A stretch of 64,000 bases of DNA from Cyanobacteria bacterium P01_D01_bin.156. Lineage in GTDB: Bacteria > Cyanobacteriota > Cyanobacteriia > Phormidesmidales > Phormidesmidaceae. The stretch is from assembly GCA_039024555.1 (NCBI GenBank), contig JBCCQQ010000029.1, positions 1 to 64,000 on the forward strand, in the 5' to 3' direction. Below, one piece after another: positions 9,001 through 16,563 of the stretch; positions within the stretch are counted from its first letter, which is position 1; each line of letters begins with the position of its first letter. A program made the translations under genes and the position numbers. Below the pieces are notes generated by a model that was not told the origin of the DNA, searched no databases, and saw only the letters and a program-made list of their open reading frames with translations.

Positions 9001-12000
9001 GTCGAGTTCTTGCTGGGCAATTTGGGTATCTCGTTGCAGAATTTCAATATTTGCTTCTGCTTGTTCACGCTTATTTCTTAATTTGATAGCCTGAAAATTT
9101 TTCTGTATATCCAATACTTCCAGGCGTCTCCATTCTTGATAATACTGATCCGCTAATTCTTGATACTCAGGCTTAGCGGTCTTGTTATCACTCGCCAGAT
9201 CATTAAACTGTCTATAGGCAACTTCGGCAGCAGAGGCACTATCGATTGCTCTAATTCGATCCAGCCATATTTTCCGCTCGTTTTCAGCTAAATCTTTTGC
9301 CTGCTGTAGCAAGTTAGTAATTTCAAACTCTATCGTATTAATTTCACGCTGTTTTTCAGTCGCTTGCAACGTCAGGTCTACTTGTTCTTCCGTGGCTTCT
9401 CGCAATTCGCGCAGTGTTTGTTGCTGCAGCCGTGCTTCCTGAATGTGGCGGTCATTTTTAGCCAGCAAGTCTTCTCTCAGGCTCTTCAGTGGTTGAGTCA
9501 GTGCCTGACTACTAGCTTCGGCTTGCTCGGCTAAGCGCTGAGCTTCTGCAAGCGCTTCACGGGTAGCCAGCAACTCGGCTTCAAGGATGCTGGTGTCTTG
9601 ATCAGGATTAAGAATATAGGCTTGCAGCAGTTTGGTTTCAGCCGCAACCACGGCATCGCTCGCAGCAACGAGTTCTCGTCTTTGTGCCAGTGAGGCTTGC
9701 TGAGCTTCGGTAACATTTAGTTTGCTCACCGCTAGAGCCAGAGATTGCTGCAATTGTGAAACTTTGGTCTGAAGCTCAGTCAATTCACTAGGAGAGGTGG
9801 CCAGAGAAATCTCGTCTTGAGTCGCAGCCAATGCTTCCTCAAGACGTTGTTTGATGGTGATTGCCTGCTGTAACTCAGTGTTTATCGAGATACTTTGTCC
9901 CTCGATCCAGCGCTCAATTTCAGCCAACATACTGCGGTATTGCAGCGCTTGGCGATCAACCTGGCTCCGTTGCTCAACGACTTGTGTAGCAGCTTGGCCA
10001 AATGCTTGGGATTGTTCGAGATACGTCTCCCAGGCTTGCTCGACAGAAGCTTGAACCGATAATGCTTCCTGCTGCGCCTCAAGGGCTTGTTTCTCCAAAG
10101 TTTCCAGCAAACTTTGGATCTCTTCTTCAGATGACAACTCTAACTCTGTCTTCCTCTTGTTTCGAATATTCTTTAAACGATCTGCAACATCATCAATCTT
10201 CTCACTAGCCCGCCGTGCTGCATCATGAGCCTCTGACCATTGGCCTACAATATCTACAAATTTTGCATAAGTACTTTCTGCAGATTTGAAGGCAAACCTT
10301 AAACTCTCAACTTGGTAAGAATGGCTCTTGACTTCATTGGACCAATATTTCCAGGTGTCCCAATGAGGATCAGGGATAGGATGCACTTCTGTCGTCCAAG
10401 TTATCAATCCGAATGGGCCCTTGACTGGAACCCTTTTATTCCAGAAACCATCAACAACATCTGGCGAACTATCATCTGGCCATCCATGTTGGACTCTATA
10501 ATTTCGACTTGCATGCCAACTAATTCTTTCATTTTCTCTTGCTTTATTGAGAGCAAAGATCTCCGCATCCAGATCTATTTTTATAGAGCCAAGTCGTTCT
10601 TCAGTATCCTTAAGTGTGTTTTCGAAGGATGGTAGAAGCTTCGCAATTGAATTTTTGACATTATCGATCCTTAAATTTAGGTCTTGTGTGTAATAGCTTA
10701 ACTCACTCTCCCAATTTGCTAAGGAATCTTGATAATGACTCTTTTTTAAGGAAAGTTGAATCAAGGCAGCCCGATTTCTTTTTATTTCTTGATTGTTTTT
10801 TATGTTTCGCGCCTTAATAATGGACTGAATTGAGAATAAATCCCTTAATCCGTCACGAGTGGTTTTATAGTCTCCAAAAGGACCCGACAAATCACTTTGA
10901 ATAGTATTGACTAAACTATCTACAGAATCTGACTGCTGAGATTGAGCCTCAATTAAATCTTGAGTGATTTGGTAACTCGCCTGTAAGTTTGTAGTCCACT
11001 TTGTTACTGCATCAACTAAATCATCAGCCACAGAATCATGAAGCTGTGCATAGGACTGAATGGACTTCTCACCCAGAGCTGCATCGGCTTTATCCAATGT
11101 GACTAGCTCAGGCCGGGGAGTCAGGAGCTGCTTTTCTAAATCACGACGTTCTTGTAAAAATGCAAGAGTGCTCCAGGCATTATTTAGTAATCCCCTTAGG
11201 TCTTCTGCAACAGAAATAAACGAACTTTGCCAGATATCTACATTACTGATGTGTTCTATTAAGAAGTTAAGGTCATTAACACTTTCCTCCAGACCGTTCA
11301 TTTGTAGAGTCTCAAGGATTTTTAGTAAGTTATTCTTGTGAGATTCAATAGATTGATATTGTTGTTGAAGCTCAGCCAAGAAATCTAACACTATTGTTTC
11401 AACTTCAGCATAGAAATATTCTGGATTGGATTCAGAAGCAGCTAGGCCAAACGCAATTAGTTTTTGAATTGATTCAGCACGAGACTGCATATCATCGTCA
11501 AAGTCTGCCCACTTAGCAGATGATTCAATAATTCCAGCCTCTAGTTCAGCCAGTTGACTTTCAAGTTGGTCTGAGATTTCAGTCAGATTCTTGTCAAAAT
11601 CGATTGAAGTATCACTATCTGGAATTTCCTGTCCCAGATCTTCAAGCTCTTGCCTAATTCGTGCAAGTTGGGACTCCACATCTTGTCTTTGGCTCTCTAA
11701 ATCATCAATGTCTTCAGTTAATGACTGAATTTGAGCCCAAAGCTTATTTCTTTGATCGGCAATCAGAGAAGCTTGCTGATAGTTTTCACGCTCCGCAAGT
11801 GCCTCAGATTCAGAATAAAAGCCTTCACTCCAGGTATTGGCTTTATGCTCAAGGGAAAGGTTGTAATAGTAAGCCTGTTCCTCTTTCAGGAGTTCATCCT
11901 GTAGGAAAAGTTGATCCAGTAATGAGTTCTGCTCTGTCAGGTTGTTCTGGATATTAGTCAACTGAGTCTGAGCCGAGACGTAATCTCTTCTGAGAACAGT

Positions 12001-15000
12001 ACTTTCTAGAACTTCCAGGGTTTCCAGAACTTCTCCTGTCAAGCCTTCCTGCTCTTGTTCTACATTTTCCCACTCTTGAGCCTGCTCCTGATACTGTTGA
12101 GCCTCACCCTCAAGCTGAACAAGGAATGCTTCCCTGTGGTTTAGCTTTTCAGTGAAACCTTCTATCTGTTTAAGATAGCGTTCGGTTAGTTCAATTGATT
12201 GATACTTTTCTTGTAAAGCCTTTTCAGTATTGATTATGGCTTCCTGCAGGCTTTGATGTTCGTCTGGATGCCAGTATTCAATCTCAGGATCAATATCTTT
12301 CAGGAGTGGAATAGCCTGATTAAGCTGCGTATGCTCATCCCAGAGTTTTTCCAAAAACTGCTTGGCCTCGGTATAAGCCAAATCGGCCATTGTTTGATGC
12401 TCAGCAAGTATCTCTCGGTTACCCGAGTAAGCTTGTTGACCTTCAAGAACTTGGTTGAGATACTCGACATACTGCTGAGCAGGCAAATCATCCGAGCTAT
12501 CAGGCCACTGATACCCCTCTAATTGGTAAATAAATTTGTTAATGGCCTGTAGCTGTTCCTGACTCAGAAAAGCCTCGCTACTGCTGGATTGCTGATAGGT
12601 TTGAATGTCTTCAATTAGCGCCTCGATAGTATCAGTGGATAGTCCCGAAGCGCTAATAGTGCTGAGATTCGCGTGACCAGAAATTAGTTCTTTTTGGAGT
12701 TTTTCCTGTCGGGTTACATTATCTGGATCAACCTGTTCTAAACGTTGGTTGAGATATTCAATTTGTCCTTCAATCGCTTCAATTCGCTCTCGATAGGGAA
12801 TCGCAAATCCCGCAATTTCTAGTAACTCCCGTAAGCGTGCTTGAGCATCATCTTGAGCGAGATGAATTGCTTTCAATTCATTAGGGATACCTCGAGCCTG
12901 AGCATTAATAAGTCCGATCTCTTCCTCAGCAGAATTTATCTTGCTATTGATCTCATCTATTTGATGCTGCTTTTGGCTGACTTTAAGATTTATTAATTCA
13001 AGATCCTGTGCCCTCTCAAGTTCACTTAGATTCAACCAATCATCAATTGCTAAACGCTCTAATTCATGAGAATCTAGCTCTCTCTTTATTCCTAAACCTT
13101 TCGGTGAATCCCATCTATAATCACCCAGTCTTTGTTGTGTATTAATAATTAAAGTTTCTAATTCGGTAATTCTTTCTATATTCCTTTCTCTTTTTTTTGC
13201 ATCAGCCTCAAAAGGATTGGGTGTTTGTCGAAATTCTTTATCTTCAATATATTTCTCTAAATCATCTATTAAGGTTTGCTTATGGGTCTCAAGTACAAAC
13301 CTCTTGTTTAACTTAACTTGAGTTTCCTGCTCTAAAAGAGCCAGGTTATTCTCCAGCTGCTGCTCTTGAATAGCAAGGCCCTCAACCTCGGTCTTGAGCT
13401 CCTGGTATTCATTCAAGACTTCAAAAGCATACTGCCCTACTGAAAAGTCTCTGGTTTCGTCAACCCCAAGAAGCTGCTGCCATAGATCATCATTCGCCTT
13501 ATCAGAAACCTCCAGTAGGGGTGAGCTTACATCCTGAGGATCTGAGGCGGGTCTCGCCAGAGTTGTAACTCTGCCTTCGCCACTAAAGGAATCTACTGGA
13601 GCAGCGTTAGGAACGGTGAGCTCAGTGCCTTCCGTCTGCTGAGCCAAGATAATAGCCTCAGCAACATCCAATAAACCGGCACCCGTCGCCGGATCCCAAC
13701 CCGGTTCAGCCAAATCATCCGCCGCTTTTAGCAGGATCTCCTTCACCTGCTGGTAATTCAGTTCTGGATTCGCCTTCCATAAGAGTGAGACCGCCGCCGT
13801 CACATAGGCGGTTGCTTTTGAGGTGCCGACAAACGCATTCGGATCCGTTTCCCACTCTCCCCCAGGGGCGACTAGAGACAGTCCCTCACCTTGAGCTGAG
13901 TAATCGGCTTTCTCTTGCCAGCGGTCAACTGCACCCACCACCAAGATGTTGTCAAATTTCTGGGCTACAGCTCCTAAGGCTGACATTAAGTCGCCTGTAT
14001 TGCCTGCTGCAGTCACTAACAAAACATTGTTTTCCTGAGCATATTGAATGGCCTGCTGCTCAGCAGGGGTCAACTCATACCGAGTCGTTGTATGCTCCAG
14101 GTTATCAAATTGAGCCAGGTCAAGGCCCAGGTTCACGACTGCGTTAGGGGTTTCAGACGAGATCGCCTGATCGACTAATTCTGTAAGTTTCTCCGCCCAG
14201 TCTGCTCCGTCGGTGTATTTGACCGTATAGGCATCATCATCTAGCTGGTGAATGGCATTAAAGGTCTGCAGTGTTTTGCGATCATGGCCCTGTTGCGCAA
14301 ACTCAATGAAGCCAATCAGGGGCAACAAGCCTTGGTAGGGCGGTAGTTCTGCCAGGTCATGCGCCTCGACTAAAAGCTTCTCCCAAGCGGAAGACCCGGC
14401 TTTCTTTAGGGCTTCATACAAAGAATCAGGCAGTCCCAATTCCTGGCCTATCATCTCACTGTGAATAAGTTGATAGGCTGCGTCGACCTGGGGCTGATCA
14501 ATACCTAAAGCCAGCAAGGTATCTGGTTGCACTAAGAACTTGAAGGCTCGAGGCTGCTTTTCGATGAGGCTGTCGAGTGTATCAACCAGATTGGTTAAAC
14601 CTTCAGACGATCCAGCATTAGTATCTTTTGCTAATGTTTCCAAGACTTCTTTAACCTCTATTAACAATTTATCAATTGCCTCAGTGGTTTCAGAGTCGGG
14701 CACATCCAAGATCAGGATAGGACGCTGAATGATGCTTTCACCATTACCGTTGGTTGCTCGAATCGCAATTTGCTCAATGTCGATCTCAGCTGAGGTCGGT
14801 TCTACCAATAGAGTCTGTCCCTCAAGACTGAGATTTAGCTCCGGACTCCCAGCATCAACCACCTCATAAGTCCACTCTCCGCTCTTTGGAAGGGTTACAA
14901 AGAGTTGTTCGATCTCGATTTCTGTTGCTCCGCTTGGATCGAGCATCACGATTAGCTCATCTGGTTCTACGAAGGACTGAGCATATTCGATAATTTCCTG

Positions 15001-15795
15001 GCCAATGACTGTTTCTCGCCAGTCATCATCAGGGTTAATGTATTCGTCTAGGCTCTCCGTTTGACCTCTAGCACCTTCAATCCTGAAAACTAGATCGTTA
15101 TAGTCTTCATCTGAGCCGGTATCGATTCTTAGATCTTCAAATGTAAAGGTATTGCCATCCCCTGTAACATCTAGGAGTTGCTTTACATGAAAGTGATCCT
15201 CGGGATTAGCTGTGGCCATTGAGAACAAAGGGCGTGCTGCTCCTTCAACCTCAGGATTATCCAAGACCTCTTGAAATCTACCGTTAGGTACCAACATGAG
15301 ACCGAAGCGATCCCCTGGCTTCATCTTGACAGGCTTTGGACCAAGGTAATCTCCAGCATTGAAATCGCCTTCATGGTTAAAGCTGCTACTGAATTTAGCT
15401 CCTTCTGAGGGATCAGAGATAACAATATGCCCCAGATCTGTACCACTGCTTACTCGTTGGGCGGCCTCTTGAATAAAGTCAGTTGAGTTGGGATCAAAGG
15501 TATCCATGCCTTCAAGGCTAAAAATTCCTAGCTCGCCTTTGTATCCCCCCCCATCAAATAGAAAGTCAAACTTGACTTCACCATTGCCTGTAACTTGGAA
15601 GATCCCTGACTCAAAAGCTTCAAGACTTTCCGTGATGGGTGGGGCACTTGAGATCGCAGAAAGTAGCCCATCATCATTGAAAGCGACATCAGAATCTTGG
15701 TTTGTTTGTTCCAGGTCAACCAAGCTGCTTAATGTCAGGATTTCTTCAAGGATGAAAGTCTGATGGTTTGGATTGAATGAAGATGAGTCAGTCAT
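6013..15795 (-). CDS. Giant (3260 aa) polymorphic-toxin-like protein: DUF4114-like / S8 subtilase / coiled coils / hydrophobic helices / pre-toxin / REase-fold nuclease
   Basis: FEDLRIDTGSDEDYNDLVF (DUF4114-like). VTAAGN, SLVAPGG, GTSKATAYV and GWDPATGAGLLD (S8). About 1800 aa of heptad-rich helix, then hydrophobic SLVGTVVSFVPGLQVVGIGLIAAGAG. GALLGEFN...DIRD...IGLAPGVG is pre-toxin-like. The tip is REFDG...WWDAK...FEIHS...WLDQKGI. Confidence 0.8.
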   Translation of the reverse strand: MTDSSSFNPNHQTFILEEILTLSSLVDLEQTNQDSDVAFNDDGLLSAISSAPPITESLEAFESGIFQVTGNGEVKFDFLFDGGGYKGELGIFSLEGMDTFDPNSTDFIQEAAQRVSSGTDLGHIVISDPSEGAKFSSSFNHEGDFNAGDYLGPKPVKMKPGDRFGLMLVPNGRFQEVLDNPEVEGAARPLFSMATANPEDHFHVKQLLDVTGDGNTFTFEDLRIDTGSDEDYNDLVFRIEGARGQTESLDEYINPDDDWRETVIGQEIIEYAQSFVEPDELIVMLDPSGATEIEIEQLFVTLPKSGEWTYEVVDAGSPELNLSLEGQTLLVEPTSAEIDIEQIAIRATNGNGESIIQRPILILDVPDSETTEAIDKLLIEVKEVLETLAKDTNAGSSEGLTNLVDTLDSLIEKQPRAFKFLVQPDTLLALGIDQPQVDAAYQLIHSEMIGQELGLPDSLYEALKKAGSSAWEKLLVEAHDLAELPPYQGLLPLIGFIEFAQQGHDRKTLQTFNAIHQLDDDAYTVKYTDGADWAEKLTELVDQAISSETPNAVVNLGLDLAQFDNLEHTTTRYELTPAEQQAIQYAQENNVLLVTAAGNTGDLMSALGAVAQKFDNILVVGAVDRWQEKADYSAQGEGLSLVAPGGEWETDPNAFVGTSKATAYVTAAVSLLWKANPELNYQQVKEILLKAADDLAEPGWDPATGAGLLDVAEAIILAQQTEGTELTVPNAAPVDSFSGEGRVTTLARPASDPQDVSSPLLEVSDKANDDLWQQLLGVDETRDFSVGQYAFEVLNEYQELKTEVEGLAIQEQQLENNLALLEQETQVKLNKRFVLETHKQTLIDDLEKYIEDKEFRQTPNPFEADAKKRERNIERITELETLIINTQQRLGDYRWDSPKGLGIKRELDSHELERLAIDDWLNLSELERAQDLELINLKVSQKQHQIDEINSKINSAEEEIGLINAQARGIPNELKAIHLAQDDAQARLRELLEIAGFAIPYRERIEAIEGQIEYLNQRLEQVDPDNVTRQEKLQKELISGHANLSTISASGLSTDTIEALIEDIQTYQQSSSSEAFLSQEQLQAINKFIYQLEGYQWPDSSDDLPAQQYVEYLNQVLEGQQAYSGNREILAEHQTMADLAYTEAKQFLEKLWDEHTQLNQAIPLLKDIDPEIEYWHPDEHQSLQEAIINTEKALQEKYQSIELTERYLKQIEGFTEKLNHREAFLVQLEGEAQQYQEQAQEWENVEQEQEGLTGEVLETLEVLESTVLRRDYVSAQTQLTNIQNNLTEQNSLLDQLFLQDELLKEEQAYYYNLSLEHKANTWSEGFYSESEALAERENYQQASLIADQRNKLWAQIQSLTEDIDDLESQRQDVESQLARIRQELEDLGQEIPDSDTSIDFDKNLTEISDQLESQLAELEAGIIESSAKWADFDDDMQSRAESIQKLIAFGLAASESNPEYFYAEVETIVLDFLAELQQQYQSIESHKNNLLKILETLQMNGLEESVNDLNFLIEHISNVDIWQSSFISVAEDLRGLLNNAWSTLAFLQERRDLEKQLLTPRPELVTLDKADAALGEKSIQSYAQLHDSVADDLVDAVTKWTTNLQASYQITQDLIEAQSQQSDSVDSLVNTIQSDLSGPFGDYKTTRDGLRDLFSIQSIIKARNIKNNQEIKRNRAALIQLSLKKSHYQDSLANWESELSYYTQDLNLRIDNVKNSIAKLLPSFENTLKDTEERLGSIKIDLDAEIFALNKARENERISWHASRNYRVQHGWPDDSSPDVVDGFWNKRVPVKGPFGLITWTTEVHPIPDPHWDTWKYWSNEVKSHSYQVESLRFAFKSAESTYAKFVDIVGQWSEAHDAARRASEKIDDVADRLKNIRNKRKTELELSSEEEIQSLLETLEKQALEAQQEALSVQASVEQAWETYLEQSQAFGQAATQVVEQRSQVDRQALQYRSMLAEIERWIEGQSISINTELQQAITIKQRLEEALAATQDEISLATSPSELTELQTKVSQLQQSLALAVSKLNVTEAQQASLAQRRELVAASDAVVAAETKLLQAYILNPDQDTSILEAELLATREALAEAQRLAEQAEASSQALTQPLKSLREDLLAKNDRHIQEARLQQQTLRELREATEEQVDLTLQATEKQREINTIEFEITNLLQQAKDLAENERKIWLDRIRAIDSASAAEVAYRQFNDLASDNKTAKPEYQELADQYYQEWRRLEVLDIQKNFQAIKLRNKREQAEANIEILQRDTQIAQQELDKINNRIAQSQEEIEHKNRDLELIEIRIKVIEEVRVEAEQTFIQVANLEQLNLAQAQLEIEIAKQREAGIDQSLENWLARERQAIERKRQVVLAQIEQLEQVQAEADLQQALNEIRGSLGMTDLDVVESPVQMQSQMASLLGQLDVLETEEPDLPDDLKALLIEVKGDIHLALQGEEAANIQANIIAAADGIVEQINRYKAELAEIDAETQKEGQLLQQAQTNLEAAVKTFFEEAEKNEEIRVLLDELDAEYSAVLAGIYYAEGQVAIAEERARLAREAIEQVIARREEIRKQRKKAVWSKVLSTLSTVVSLVGTVVSFVPGLQVVGIGLIAAGAGINAIQSAINGDWAGAAFGAVMAGVSAVTAGAGNLIGSIATRSLQGLQAATSGAFNGIRSIKTGESVLGALQILGGAAGAATQGLQNVFSQLSSTGSKVMQSVLNGLEKAPQMIYDGIDAIKDGDWFAAVEGLFNGAISISTSFSSFFNDAVDTALKYVDKTGNTGLALAGAISTGGINAWLSGIDSLLGTWDEEIRTAVDEIADKDAVTPQEDSQDNQDAEDDSSRQETLEKRAEEVLASVEDLPREDRLLALSDTVEDLPDDVAATVIEQLDDPNEQISVLAEMEPEKANEVFQDISVDTKKKIAAIFIATNEIPEQDNESGEDPLFPGDSINNPQDPIAGALEDPDFGDFKLTPGNYKFEDDVITAGLAGAKFRQALSGVSEFLGEDITGIKPPKSEEMEFLAGALLGEFNRNPSSGQVFLGTMIDILDPTGATDIRDLKIIYDKFQSDPSSMDEPLNWVNAAGSLIGLAPGVGGVAKQLVTSKPVKSLFERIQNASLKKFFQSPATKSLIEADKNLPISFDRLSGKGFEEYVGFYRKSDRPTEIKAELSEIADLKFKVTGEYGFEVSIPGSLKAREFDGAKGNVWWDAKHPERIKRIGENPKLFNDFKSQASQHSATAERFNKKFEIHSSSIPNNVKAWLDQKGIAYKEIKDNGDID

Positions 15796-16563
15796 CTGGG
15801 GGGCTTCCTACAATGGCTAAAGAGCAATACAAGTTGCTAGACAAAACCGACATCAACTATTTGGGCACTAACTCGGTAATCTATGTACCCATCTAAAACA
15901 CAAGATTGTTAGTTGTTAGGACTAGAACCCTATCTGAGTCGAAAACTGAAAATGCTTGAATAGAAACCCTACAGTTTCAAAGTTAGACGAGAATTGAATC
16001 GCTGCAGCAATGTTTGAATTCTTCATGCTCTTCAAGCTTCAACTAGAGAATTCCGAAAAATCAATTGAGACGAGGTTCTATAATCTTGTCGGATAAGTTT
16101 AAGTAGAAGATATTCGACTCACATTGAAATCAGACAGAGAGTGAGAAAAAGCTGATTTTGTGTGAGCGCTTTCAAAGTGTTCCAAGCACGTGTCAGCCAT
16201 ACCAAAAGTTTAGTCAAAGAATATCAGACAGTCTGGAAAAACTACGCGAGGATATTGCTAGACGAAACCATAAAAAAATCAGCATCAGACTTCAGGAATA
16301 ATCTATCGATGATTTGAAGAACTTTGATGTGTAGTGCACCCAAAAGCAGATGAGCCTATGGCAAATTCCTAACCTTATTGGAAGATACAACCGCTAGAAA
16401 CTTGAGAGCACGTAAAAACCCTCTAAAAATTAACTTGGGATGCTGCCCCAACACAAACTATCTTTTGGATGGCTACATTCCTTGCCATATGGAATTTCTA
16501 GAATGTTAAGGAGATATCCTAGGTTGGGGAAGTTACAAACTGTATTGTTAATTTGCGTAAACC

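Noticed and set aside
15920..16085. Possible degenerate IS inverted repeats (TAGAACC...GGTTCTA)
   Set aside because: Only about 7 bp match perfectly, with no transposase fragment or TSD.
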